The notes under the pieces were generated by a model, which did not search any database, was not told the origin of the DNA, and saw only the letters and a program-made list of their open reading frames with translations. This document shows, piece after piece, positions 32,020 to 43,758 of a DNA stretch of 64,000 nt (the stretch's first letter is position 1; the number at the start of each line of letters is the position of its first letter). The DNA lies in NCBI GenBank assembly GCA_965221955.1, contig CBDCTA010000029.1, forward strand, positions 544,001 through 608,000, given 5' to 3'. The stretch comes from Gammaproteobacteria bacterium (GTDB lineage Bacteria; Pseudomonadota; Gammaproteobacteria; UBA4575). Position numbers and translations under genes: made by a program.

Positions 32020-32751
32020 TTATGATTTTATGTGGCCAACCCAAAGTGAGGTTGCCGCTGCAACGCCTACAGGCATTGCAAAAAAGTTCAGTCCCGGAAT
32101 AATCGTCATAAACATCAATGCCGCACCCATACCTAAGCACAAGAATCGATTTTGTTTAATCAGTGTTAATTGTTCCTTAAATTTCATGTCACGATTACCC
32201 AAAGGATAGTCTAGATATTCTATTGCTAGCATCCAGGCACCAAATAGAAACCATAAAAACGGTGCGAATACGTTTAAGCCAGGAATAATGGATATGATGA
32301 GCAATGGGATTGCACGGCTGATGATATAAAATAGCTTTCGCATTTCATTGCTTAAGCCCAAACCGGCACCTTTCAACAAGTCCATGTAGCTACTGCTGCT
32401 TATTTCTTTCTCAAAGCCTTGATTAGTGAGTTGCTGTTCTATTTTTTCTGACAACACACTGTTAAACGGTGCGCCTAAAAGATTTGCGATCAACGTAAAT
32501 GCAAAAAACACCACCACTAAACTAGCAAGTACAATAAGCGGCCAAATTAGAAACTCCAACCATGCAAGCCAATTGGGTAATAATTGCTCTATATATGCGT
32601 CTAATTTTGTATAGCCGAACCAAAAAGCCGTTGTAAATAAAATTAAATTAATTAACGTTGGCATCACTACATAACGTTTAACCCCACGCGATTTGATTAA
32701 ACGAAAGCCATTTAATACTTGAGAAACCCCTTTAAGTGCGTCCGTAACCAT
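32020..32751 (-). CDS. cysZ: Sulfate transporter CysZ (EI24 family)
   Basis: ANLLGAPFNSVLSEKIE, WMLAIEYLDYP and MPVGVAAATSLW motifs. Confidence 0.9.
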   Translation of the reverse strand: MVTDALKGVSQVLNGFRLIKSRGVKRYVVMPTLINLILFTTAFWFGYTKLDAYIEQLLPNWLAWLEFLIWPLIVLASLVVVFFAFTLIANLLGAPFNSVLSEKIEQQLTNQGFEKEISSSSYMDLLKGAGLGLSNEMRKLFYIISRAIPLLIISIIPGLNVFAPFLWFLFGAWMLAIEYLDYPLGNRDMKFKEQLTLIKQNRFLCLGMGAALMFMTIIPGLNFFAMPVGVAAATSLWVGHIKS

Positions 32752-32791
32752 GCAGAGAGATCTTTAAATATCTTTAACTTGCTATTTAAAC

Positions 32792-33190
32792 TTAAAGTGA
32801 ATTAGGAAGTTCTACTGGTGCGCTTGCTTGCCACCCAGGCTTACGGTGTTCCACGGTAACATAGGTATAGATGCCGCCTCGGATATTAAAGTCACCTGTA
32901 ATCCGCATAAATCGGGGCTTTAGCAAAGTTGCAATATCGCTTAGAATTTCATTAGTTATTGCTTCGTGAAATGCTCCTTTGTCTCTAAATGACGTCATAT
33001 ACAATTTGAGTGCTTTTAGCTCTACACATAGTTCGTCGGGAACATACTCAATTAAAAATTTGGCAAAGTCAGGTTGGCCAGTAAGCGGGCACAAGCAAGT
33101 AAATTCAGGAATACGAATACGAATGGTGTAATCGGTTTCAGTTTGTGGATTTTCAAAAGTTTCTAAATGTTGTGTATGAAGGTTCGTCAT
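32792..33190 (-). CDS. queF: NADPH-dependent preQ0 reductase, type I (short) QueF
   Basis: [28 protein letters not shown] and RGGI motifs. Confidence 0.95.
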   Translation of the reverse strand: MTNLHTQHLETFENPQTETDYTIRIRIPEFTCLCPLTGQPDFAKFLIEYVPDELCVELKALKLYMTSFRDKGAFHEAITNEILSDIATLLKPRFMRITGDFNIRGGIYTYVTVEHRKPGWQASAPVELPNSL

Positions 33191-33258
33191 TGGGGTTTAC
33201 TCTTTTGTAATGTACCTTTTGGTTAACTCATTTTAACGAATAACGAGTGAATATATAG

Positions 33259-36200
33259 ATGCGTCTTACATCAATTAAAATGGCGGGCTTTAAATCTTTT
33301 GTAGATCCGACCACTTTAGATTTCCCTACATCGATGGTTGGTATTGTTGGGCCAAATGGCTGTGGTAAATCTAACATTATCGATGCTGTGCGTTGGGTGA
33401 TGGGGGAGAGTTCTAAACATATCCGTGGCGATACTATGGAAGACGTAATTTTTAATGGTTCTTCCACACGTAAACCAATTGGTCAGGCCTCTATTGAATT
33501 AGTGTTTGATAATAGTGATGGCAAATTAGGTGGAGAATATTCTTCTTTTGCCGAGATTGCTGTGCGCAGACAAGTTACACGTGATGGGCAATCAAAATAT
33601 TATCTCAACGGAACCAAATGTAGACGTAAGGATATTGTTGGCTTGTTCCTAGGCACAGGTTTGGGTCCGCGCAGTTATGCAATTATTGAACAAGGCATGA
33701 TTTCAAGATTGATTGATGCCAAGCCTGATGAATTGCGTGTGTATTTAGAAGAAGCAGCCGGAATTTCTAAATATAAAGAACGTCGACGTGAAACCGAAAA
33801 TCGTATTCGTCATACACGAGAAAATTTAGATCGTCTGAATGATGTCATTGAAGAGATCACGAAACGCATTGAACATCTACAAAGACAAGCCAAGGCTGCT
33901 GAGAGATATAAAGTACTCAAAGCCGAAGAGCGTCAAGCAAAGACCGAGTTATTAGCTTTGCGTTGGCAAGCACATCAAGAAGATGTGCTAGAACGTAAGC
34001 ATTCAATGGAGCATAAAGAGACTGAAATTGAAAAAGTAGTTTCTGATATACGTGGTATAGAAGCAGAGATCGAAAAGCTTCGTCAACAACATGCGGATGA
34101 AACTGAGAAGTTTAATGAAGTTCAAGGTGACTATTATAAGTTGGGTGGCGAAATTTCACGTATTGAACAATCCATTCAACATGTTAAAGAACTTAATAGT
34201 CGTTATGACGAAGAGCTTACTCAAGTGCAAGAAGCTTGGGCAAAGTCTGAGAAAAGTTTGATCGATGAGCAAGCAAAGGCTAGCGATCTAGAAAATAAAA
34301 TTGCAGAAATAGAACCAAATTTAGCCGCTGCACGCGAAGAGCTCAGCTCGAATTCTGAAAAGTTAGGTGAAGCCGAGTCTAAGATGGCGAAATGGCAAGA
34401 TGCATGGGAAGCATTGAGCGAGAAAATATCTGAGCCTGCGCAAATTGTTGAAATCGAAGCCTCGCGCATTGAGCACTTAGAAAATCACCTAGAACAGCTA
34501 GCTGAACGCAAAGACAAATTGTTAGAAGACTTGCGCCAGTTCAGTAAACATAAAGATGCTAAGCAATCAGAAGACTTTGTTGCACGAGTGAATGAAACCA
34601 GCACTGCGTTGCAGGCGATATCGCCTAAAATTGTTGAGTTGGCTAAAAAAATCAGCACCGGTCGTGATGCTAGTCAAGCGCTTGGTGTGCAATTAGAAAA
34701 AGCACGTGAAAAACTACAAACCTTGCAAGCTGAGCTATCTTCGTTGCATGCATTACAGCGTGTGGTGTTGGGTGAGGAAGGTAAAGATGTGAGCAAATGG
34801 TTAGACCAACATGGTTTAAGTAAAGCGCCACGCTTAATGGATCAAATAAAAACAGAAGCAGGTTGGGAAGCCGCGGTAGAGACAGTGTTGGGTGATTATT
34901 TAGAAGCCGTTTGTGTGAAAGATTTGCAACAAGTTGCGGAGTCTTTAAGAGAAATTAAGACTGGTCGTATGATGGTGTTGAATCGTAGTGCAGGTACATC
35001 GCAACATGCAGAAAATACGCTTGCGAGTAAGGTTACTGCGCCCGTAAATTTATCCGATAAGTTAGGCAATGTGTTTACTGCCAGCAATATGCAAAGTGCG
35101 CTAAATAAAATTGCTTCGCTTGAAGCAGGTCAGTCAGTGATAACTCGTGATGGTGTATGGATGGGTCCAGGTTGGTTGCGTGTTTCAAGAATTGCTGCCA
35201 ACAAAGGCAATGTTCTGCAGCGTAAAAAAGAAATCCTTGCGCTTGAAAAGCAAGTTGAAGCGCAGCAAAGCACAATTGTCAAAATGGTCGCGGATTTGGA
35301 AAATTGTCAACGTGAGCTGTATGAAAATGAAAAACAGCGTGATCAAGTTCAAGCTAGTTTGTCTAATGCACAAAAAGTGCATGCTCAAGCTGAAGCAGAA
35401 ATGTCAGGCTGGGAGAGTGAAAAAGAGCATGTTGAGCGTCAAGAAGAGCAACTACGTGATTATCTTGAAGACGTAAATCGTCAAATACAACAATCAGAAG
35501 AAGAGCTCGTTGAGTCGCGTGAGTCTAAACAAAAGGCAGATTCGATCCTTGAGGTATTGAATGTTGATCGTAAGGCGTTACTAGAGCAACGCGATAATAC
35601 TGTTTTTCATCTAGATGGAGTGCGGAGTGAAGAGGTTGAGCGACGCGAGTCAACCCATCGTTTAGCGCTAAATTTGGAATCCTACCGAAGCTCTTTGAAT
35701 GCAACACATGCATCGCTTGAACGTATGAGAGAACAAGCTGAACATCTCAAACAACGAGAGCAGTCATTACATGAGTCAATAAAAGATAGTAGTACTCCAT
35801 TAACTGAATTGAATGCGAGTCTTAAAGAGTATGTTGATCAGCGCGTTAAAATTGAACACAGTCTTGCTGAGGCGCGCAGTGTTGCTCAAAAAACAGAAGA
35901 ACTAGTGCGTAGTAAACAAGAGCACAATGTTGAAACACAACGTAATCTTGAAGAGTATCGAAATGAGTTAAATCAACTTCAACTTGCATGGCAAGAAGCC
36001 AATGTGCGTAGTAAAACAGTGCAAGAACAATTACATGAATATGATGTTGCTGCCGAGGAGGTGTTGGAAAAACTAGAAGAAGACGCAACACTAGAGAAGT
36101 GGGAAGAAAAAACACAATCGCTTGAGCGTAAAATTAATCGTTTAGGGCCGATCAATCTCGCGGCCATTGGCGAGTTTGAAGAACATAACGAACGAAAAGA

Positions 36201-36759
36201 ATATTTAGACAAGCAACATGAAGATCTAATTAATGCGCTAGAAACGCTTGAAGATGCCATTCGTAAAATCGACAAAGAAACAAAAGATCGATTCAAAGAT
36301 ATTTTTGAGAATGTAAATAGTCATCTACAAGCGATGTATCCGCGCTTATTCGGTGGAGGTAAAGCGTTCCTTGAAATGACAGGCGATGATTTGCTTACTA
36401 CAGGAGTAGCCATTATGGCACGACCTCCTGGTAAACGACTTTCTTCGATTCAGCTCATGTCAGGTGGAGAAAAAGCACTTACTGCAGTCGCTTTAGTATT
36501 TTCCTTATTTGAACTTAATCCAGCTCCGTTTTGTCTATTGGACGAGGTCGACGCGCCGTTGGATGATGCTAACGTGACGCGCTTCTGCGATTTATTGAAA
36601 GACATGAGTGATCGAGTGCAGTTTATCTATATCACGCATAATAAGAATACTATGGAATATGCTAACCAATTGTTGGGAATCACAATGCATGAGCCTGGTG
36701 TGTCTCGAATTGTTTCCGTGGATGTAGATGCTGCAGCTGAAATGGTTGCGGTTTCCTAG
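33259..36759 (+). CDS. smc: Chromosome segregation protein SMC
   Basis: GPNGCGKSN Walker A, coiled coils and hinge, MSGGEK signature, LLDEVDAPLD. Confidence 0.98.
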   Translation: MRLTSIKMAGFKSFVDPTTLDFPTSMVGIVGPNGCGKSNIIDAVRWVMGESSKHIRGDTMEDVIFNGSSTRKPIGQASIELVFDNSDGKLGGEYSSFAEIAVRRQVTRDGQSKYYLNGTKCRRKDIVGLFLGTGLGPRSYAIIEQGMISRLIDAKPDELRVYLEEAAGISKYKERRRETENRIRHTRENLDRLNDVIEEITKRIEHLQRQAKAAERYKVLKAEERQAKTELLALRWQAHQEDVLERKHSMEHKETEIEKVVSDIRGIEAEIEKLRQQHADETEKFNEVQGDYYKLGGEISRIEQSIQHVKELNSRYDEELTQVQEAWAKSEKSLIDEQAKASDLENKIAEIEPNLAAAREELSSNSEKLGEAESKMAKWQDAWEALSEKISEPAQIVEIEASRIEHLENHLEQLAERKDKLLEDLRQFSKHKDAKQSEDFVARVNETSTALQAISPKIVELAKKISTGRDASQALGVQLEKAREKLQTLQAELSSLHALQRVVLGEEGKDVSKWLDQHGLSKAPRLMDQIKTEAGWEAAVETVLGDYLEAVCVKDLQQVAESLREIKTGRMMVLNRSAGTSQHAENTLASKVTAPVNLSDKLGNVFTASNMQSALNKIASLEAGQSVITRDGVWMGPGWLRVSRIAANKGNVLQRKKEILALEKQVEAQQSTIVKMVADLENCQRELYENEKQRDQVQASLSNAQKVHAQAEAEMSGWESEKEHVERQEEQLRDYLEDVNRQIQQSEEELVESRESKQKADSILEVLNVDRKALLEQRDNTVFHLDGVRSEEVERRESTHRLALNLESYRSSLNATHASLERMREQAEHLKQREQSLHESIKDSSTPLTELNASLKEYVDQRVKIEHSLAEARSVAQKTEELVRSKQEHNVETQRNLEEYRNELNQLQLAWQEANVRSKTVQEQLHEYDVAAEEVLEKLEEDATLEKWEEKTQSLERKINRLGPINLAAIGEFEEHNERKEYLDKQHEDLINALETLEDAIRKIDKETKDRFKDIFENVNSHLQAMYPRLFGGGKAFLEMTGDDLLTTGVAIMARPPGKRLSSIQLMSGGEKALTAVALVFSLFELNPAPFCLLDEVDAPLDDANVTRFCDLLKDMSDRVQFIYITHNKNTMEYANQLLGITMHEPGVSRIVSVDVDAAAEMVAVS

Positions 36760-36822
36760 CTTTATTTCTTTCTATATAAACACTCTGTGCAAGTTTAGTC
36801 TGTTTAGGATTACGTAAACTAT

Positions 36823-37599
36823 ATGGAACTTGAGCTACGCATTGCATTATTGTTAATTGGTTTAGTAGTGATCGTGGTGCTGTACTTTTTTGGTAAATCC
36901 AAACGTGCAGTGCATCAACGTGAAGATAGTGAGTTTGACTTTTCCAGTAACGACCTTCCTGATCCGCTTGAAATTGATCAACCTCTAGATTTAGAAACAG
37001 ATCTTGTCAATGAAAAGAGCCAAATTAGTGATGCAGGTAATGAGCTAAATGATCTGTTACGAGAAGAGATTATAGAATCGCCACGTATAAGTATTCCTAA
37101 AGATAAGCCTTCTTTTAGTCATCAGCCCAGTCTGTTAGATGAAGATCCCGAGCCACTAGAATTAGAAGAAAAACTTGTGGTGTTACATGTTATGGCGCGT
37201 CGACCACAAAAGTTTAGTGGTAAAGGTATCGAAAGTTTAAGTAAAGAACTTGATCTTGAGCTTAGCGATAAGCAAATTTTTAATAAAAATGTCGAACGTT
37301 TTAGTGGTAAAAAAGCCCTTTATCATATGGTAAATATTGTAAAACCAGGCACCTTTGAAAAGCATTCAATGGACGAATTCGAAACACCCGGTTTAAGTTT
37401 CATATTAAATTTGCCAGGACCTGAGGAAGGTTTGCGAGCATTTAATATCATGCTTGAAGATGCAAAAAAATTTGCCGAGCGTTTAAATGGTGATTTACTA
37501 GATGAGTCACGTAGTCGTTTAAGCCCACAGATGACAGCTCATTTGCAAGAAGATATTCAATTATTCAGTTTAAAAAATCCCCGCCCTGTACAAGCATAA
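36823..37599 (+). CDS. zipA: Cell division protein ZipA
   Basis: N-terminal TM anchor; C-terminal NIVKPGTF...TPGL FtsZ-binding domain; smc-zipA-ligA synteny. Confidence 0.9.
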   Translation: MELELRIALLLIGLVVIVVLYFFGKSKRAVHQREDSEFDFSSNDLPDPLEIDQPLDLETDLVNEKSQISDAGNELNDLLREEIIESPRISIPKDKPSFSHQPSLLDEDPEPLELEEKLVVLHVMARRPQKFSGKGIESLSKELDLELSDKQIFNKNVERFSGKKALYHMVNIVKPGTFEKHSMDEFETPGLSFILNLPGPEEGLRAFNIMLEDAKKFAERLNGDLLDESRSRLSPQMTAHLQEDIQLFSLKNPRPVQA

Positions 37600-37723
37600 G
37601 GAAACCCTGATTTATCCTGGCTATTTCGTTGTATAATGGCCTCAAATTCACTCATGTATGCTTAATACACATCGCTCTTTTCGGCATTTTATGCCTCATC
37701 CCAAGATAAATCAGGGCTTCTTT
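37598..37723 (+). repeat. ERIC-like element, copy R6 (126 bp)
   Basis: TIRs AAGGAAACCCTGATTTATCCTGG / CCAAGATAAATCAGGGCTTCTTT (20/23); overlaps the zipA TAA. Confidence 0.85.
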
Positions 37724-37761
37724 GAGATTGGTATCAAATTTAAAGTATTTGTATAGCATAA

Positions 37762-39786
<2,025 letters not shown>

Positions 39787-39875
39787 ATTGTTTGACAACT
39801 GTTTATGGCTATTAGATAGTTTTGCTTATCATGCTTTGCTAACACTCAACTTGTCTAAATTTAGAGTACGAAAAC

Positions 39876-40247
39876 TTGAAGACTGAACGTAGAGCGGTAG
39901 CGCGCTATAGAGAAAAATTATCCGTGCAGATTGAAATGGATGATTATCGATTTGAGGCTACTACCACTGAAATATCTTTACAAGGCTTGCGAATCTTATG
40001 TGCAGGTCCTGTTGCTGTGTCAGTATTTAGTCAATACATACAGGTAACGCCTGGCGAGAATATTACCGCGAATATCCAGATTAAGACCCTAAAATCGAAT
40101 GGTTTATCAGATACTCTGAGTTGTATTGCTAGAGTAATCACTGTTAACCGTGTTTCTCAAGACAGTTATATCGTTGGGTTTAAAATCATAGAGTTTGCTG
40201 CTAGCGAGCAAGAACGTTGGCATGAATACATTGCTATAAAGCATTAG
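39876..40247 (+). CDS. PilZ-domain protein
   Basis: ERRxxxR and EISLQG motifs; G.K near the C-terminus. Confidence 0.75.
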   Translation: MKTERRAVARYREKLSVQIEMDDYRFEATTTEISLQGLRILCAGPVAVSVFSQYIQVTPGENITANIQIKTLKSNGLSDTLSCIARVITVNRVSQDSYIVGFKIIEFAASEQERWHEYIAIKH

Positions 40248-40302
40248 TAGATAAAAATGTCAGCTTCAAAGCGGATTGCAAAAGTATTAATAGGGAACTT
40301 CA

Positions 40303-40836
40303 ATGCATATTGTTCTGAGTATTATTACTGCCTTGGCAGGACTTGCTTGGGCGCTCACATCGTTACAAAAATCTGGTTTTGATATAAATTCCTTAAATCC
40401 ATTCCTTTGGCATCGTCGCAATTCTTGGCGTAAAAAATATGATGCAAAACCTATTTATAAATTATCTGAACCTCTTGATGTAGCTGCATTGCTTTTATTA
40501 GGTATAGCTAAATGCGAAGGTGAAGTGAGTACTGAGCAAAAAAATCAGCTTACTGAAATTTTTCAAAAGGATTTTCACTTAAGTGCAGACGACGCTTCAG
40601 ATCAACTGCTTGCGAGCTCGCACTTGCTGCGTGATGAAATTTATATCGTCGATAATATTGATAAAATTCTTGAGAAAAGTAGTACTAAATTTTCGTCAAG
40701 CCAAATATTATCATTGCTTGAATTGATGGAGCAGATTGCGAAGCTGGAAAGTCCTATTAATCAAGAACAAATTAAATTAATCAATGCTACACAGCAATAT
40801 TTTGCTAAAATAAAGAAAGGGCCTAGTGATTGGTAA
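40303..40836 (+). CDS. TerB-like domain protein with N-terminal membrane anchor
   Basis: AALLLLGIAKCEGEVSTEQ resembles the TerB AxxDGxxxxxE motif. Confidence 0.6.
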   Translation: MHIVLSIITALAGLAWALTSLQKSGFDINSLNPFLWHRRNSWRKKYDAKPIYKLSEPLDVAALLLLGIAKCEGEVSTEQKNQLTEIFQKDFHLSADDASDQLLASSHLLRDEIYIVDNIDKILEKSSTKFSSSQILSLLELMEQIAKLESPINQEQIKLINATQQYFAKIKKGPSDW

Positions 40837-40874
40837 AATCCTGATAATTCTTTCTAAATTTCGCAGCATATAAA

Positions 40875-41639
40875 TTGTCTAATATTCATCCAACTGCGGT
40901 TGTCTCATCTAAAGCAGAAATCGATTCCGATGTAAAAATCGGTCCATATAGCGTTGTTGAAGATCATGTCGTGATCGGTTCAGGGACTGAGATTGGCCCG
41001 CATTGTGTGTTGCATTCTCATGTGAAGCTTGGCAAGAGTAACCAACTGCATGCTCAGGTTGTGATAGGTGGCTTGCCACAAGACTTATCCTTTAGCGGTG
41101 ACGAGACTTGGGTCGAGATAGGCGATGAGAATATCATTCGTGAATACTGCACAGTGCATCGTTCGACCAATCAAGATGCTCCCACTACTTTGGGCTCCAA
41201 ATGTTACTTAATGACTTATGCACATGTTGCGCATGATTGCCAATTGGGTAATGAAGTGATTCTCACTGCTTATGTCGGTTTAAGTGGCCATATCGAAATC
41301 GGCGACAAGGCTAACTTGGGTGGGCACGTAGGTACACATCAATTTATTCGTATCGGTAAGATGTCGATGATTGCAGGTTATACACCTGTACGAAAGGATG
41401 TAATGCCATATTGTTTGTTGGGGGGTGATCCTGTACGTCATATGCGTTTAAACACTATTGGTTTACGCCGTTCAGGTGTAAAGGGTGAGCAATATAAAAA
41501 ACTTGAGCAAACCTTTCGTAATTTAAGAGAAGGTGCTTCGGTAGAAGATCAACAAGGCACGCCAGAGATTGATCATTTGCGCGAGTGGATGTTGGCGCCT
41601 TCTAAGCGTGGAATATATGGATTTTTAAAAGGAGGATGA
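40875..41639 (+). CDS. lpxA: UDP-GlcNAc O-acyltransferase LpxA family, stand-alone copy
   Basis: IHPTAVV, hexapeptide repeats, PQDL, IREYCTVHR, HVAHDC, HQF and LNTIGLRR motifs. Confidence 0.88.
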   Translation: MSNIHPTAVVSSKAEIDSDVKIGPYSVVEDHVVIGSGTEIGPHCVLHSHVKLGKSNQLHAQVVIGGLPQDLSFSGDETWVEIGDENIIREYCTVHRSTNQDAPTTLGSKCYLMTYAHVAHDCQLGNEVILTAYVGLSGHIEIGDKANLGGHVGTHQFIRIGKMSMIAGYTPVRKDVMPYCLLGGDPVRHMRLNTIGLRRSGVKGEQYKKLEQTFRNLREGASVEDQQGTPEIDHLREWMLAPSKRGIYGFLKGG

Positions 41640-41800
41640 GATCTGATTTATCCTCATACTTCGTAAAAAATAATTTCAACGTCGCCATGTGTGACCAATA
41701 CATATCGTTAGCTTCGATATTTTTTGCCTGGTTATGTCCATGGAAGGATTGTATGCCGGTTTTGCAGGAGCAAAAACCGGTCGGGAACAAATCAGAATCT
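41638..41800 (+). repeat. ERIC-like element, copy R7 (about 163 bp), carrying module B (41732-41780)
   Basis: Ends TCTGATTTAT / ACAAATCAGA; core CTTCGTAAAAAATAAT..TCGATATTTTTTGCCT as in R2; starts at the lpxA TGA. Confidence 0.8.
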
Positions 41801-41846
41801 ATTTGAGTTTAGTTTTGTGACAAATTTACTTTTTAAATGGGTTTAA

Positions 41847-42362
41847 ATGTTTGTATTAATAAAAATACTATTTGATATCTGCCTGTTGCGCAAAGGGCCA
41901 GAAGATTTGCCAGCAAATAGTTCTTTAATGTGGGGGTTGGTAGGAGTGAGTTTAACGGTGTCTATTTTTTTAGGCATGATTATTTATGACACACATACTG
42001 CAATTTTCTCTAGTGTGTTGGGATTATTTTTTTCTTTTGTATTCACAAAAATTTTATTGAGTAAAAAACCAGAACGATTTATACAAACTTTCAGTGCGAT
42101 GCTCGGCGCCATTACTTTAATTAATCTGATTTCCTTGCCATTTGTTGCGCCACTGTCAAATGAAGACTTGGATAACAACATAGCAACTCTACTCAGTTTA
42201 CTTAGCTTTGCATTCTTGATTTGGGCGGTAATAGTATACGGATCAATATTTAGTCGAGCAATTTCCTCAACGTTTGGCTATGGGATTGCAATTAGTGTTG
42301 GGTATGTATTCTTAAGTATTGTTATTTTTGAGCTCCTTCTAACTGTAAAAGTACCAAGCTAA
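41847..42362 (+). CDS. Conserved multi-pass membrane protein
   Basis: DICLLRKGPEDLP N-terminus and RFIQTFSAMLG; about 5 TM helices; overlaps the mpl start. Confidence 0.75.
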   Translation: MFVLIKILFDICLLRKGPEDLPANSSLMWGLVGVSLTVSIFLGMIIYDTHTAIFSSVLGLFFSFVFTKILLSKKPERFIQTFSAMLGAITLINLISLPFVAPLSNEDLDNNIATLLSLLSFAFLIWAVIVYGSIFSRAISSTFGYGIAISVGYVFLSIVIFELLLTVKVPS

Positions 42363-43744
42363 TGCATATACATATTCTTGGAATTTGTGGAACCTTTATG
42401 GGTAGTTTAGCCATTATCGCTAAACAGCTTGGTCATACGGTGTCGGGCTCTGACGTAAATGTCTACCCGCCCATGAGCACTCAATTAGAAATGGCAGGTA
42501 TCGAACTCATGAGTGGCTATTCTGTGGATCATTTATTTCCAATGCCGGATCAGATTATCGTTGGTAATGTTATTTCGCGTGGTAATGAAGTTGCCGAATA
42601 TTTATTAAATAACCATATTCCATTCACTTCTGGGCCTGCATGGTTGCATGATCATGTATTGCAAGAACGTTGGGTGCTTGCAGTAGCGGGTACGCATGGT
42701 AAAACGACTACCAGTAGCATGTTGGCTTGGATACTTGAATCGTCTGGTTTAAAGCCAGGATTCTTAATTGGCGGGGTGCCAGAAAACTTTGATTATTCGT
42801 CTCGGTTAGGTGATTCCAAATACTTCGTAATTGAGGCAGATGAATATGACACCGCTTTTTTTGATAAGCGGTCAAAATTCATACACTACTGTCCTCATAC
42901 CTTATTAATAAATAACTTAGAATTTGATCACGCAGATATATTCGATGATCTAGACGCAATAAAACGCCAGTTCCACCATCTTATCCGTATTCTGCCAAAC
43001 GATGGAAAACTTATCATTAATCAAGACGACAAAAACATACAAGATGTAATTGATATGGGATGTTGGACGCCAATCGAGTCATTCTCCACTAGCAACTCTA
43101 CAGCCACTTGGTTTGCAGATGATATTGATTTGCAAAATTCTCAGTTCACATTACAACAAAATAGTAAGCCACGTGGTTTAGGGGCACTAGGATTATTTGG
43201 TCGTCATAACATTGCAAATGCAATTGCAGCGATAGCTGCAGCGCAACATGCAGGAGTTTATGTTGAAGATGCATTACAAGCATTAACAACGTTTTCGGGC
43301 GTAAAGCGGCGTTTAGAACATAAAGGTACTTTTAATAATATCAGTATCTATGATGATTTTGCGCATCATCCAACTGAAATAGCAGCTACGATTTCTGCTT
43401 TTAAAGATCAACGTCCTGATGGTCGTATTATTACAATATTTGAACCACGTTCAAATTCAATGCGTTTAGGTATTCATATAGAGCATTTGGCTGAAGCGTT
43501 TAATCATGCAGACAAGGTTTTTATCTTTGACCCCAATGATTTGCAATGGTCGGTAAACGATGTGGCTAAAAACATTGTGGCTGAAACTAAAGTATTTTCT
43601 GCAGTTGATGATGTCATCTTAGACTTACTTAATGAAGTGAAGCCAGGTGACAATATTTTAATTCTTAGTAATGGCAGTTTTGATGGTTTATCTACAAAAC
43701 TTGTTTTGCAAATGTCTAATCGCGAATCTGGTGCGATACATTAA
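42362..43744 (+). CDS. mpl: Murein peptide ligase Mpl
   Basis: HILGICGTFMG, GTHGKTTT, EADEYDTAFFDKRSKF and DDFAHHPT motifs. Confidence 0.97.
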   Translation: MHIHILGICGTFMGSLAIIAKQLGHTVSGSDVNVYPPMSTQLEMAGIELMSGYSVDHLFPMPDQIIVGNVISRGNEVAEYLLNNHIPFTSGPAWLHDHVLQERWVLAVAGTHGKTTTSSMLAWILESSGLKPGFLIGGVPENFDYSSRLGDSKYFVIEADEYDTAFFDKRSKFIHYCPHTLLINNLEFDHADIFDDLDAIKRQFHHLIRILPNDGKLIINQDDKNIQDVIDMGCWTPIESFSTSNSTATWFADDIDLQNSQFTLQQNSKPRGLGALGLFGRHNIANAIAAIAAAQHAGVYVEDALQALTTFSGVKRRLEHKGTFNNISIYDDFAHHPTEIAATISAFKDQRPDGRIITIFEPRSNSMRLGIHIEHLAEAFNHADKVFIFDPNDLQWSVNDVAKNIVAETKVFSAVDDVILDLLNEVKPGDNILILSNGSFDGLSTKLVLQMSNRESGAIH

Positions 43745-43758
43745 ATTTTAATGTAATC

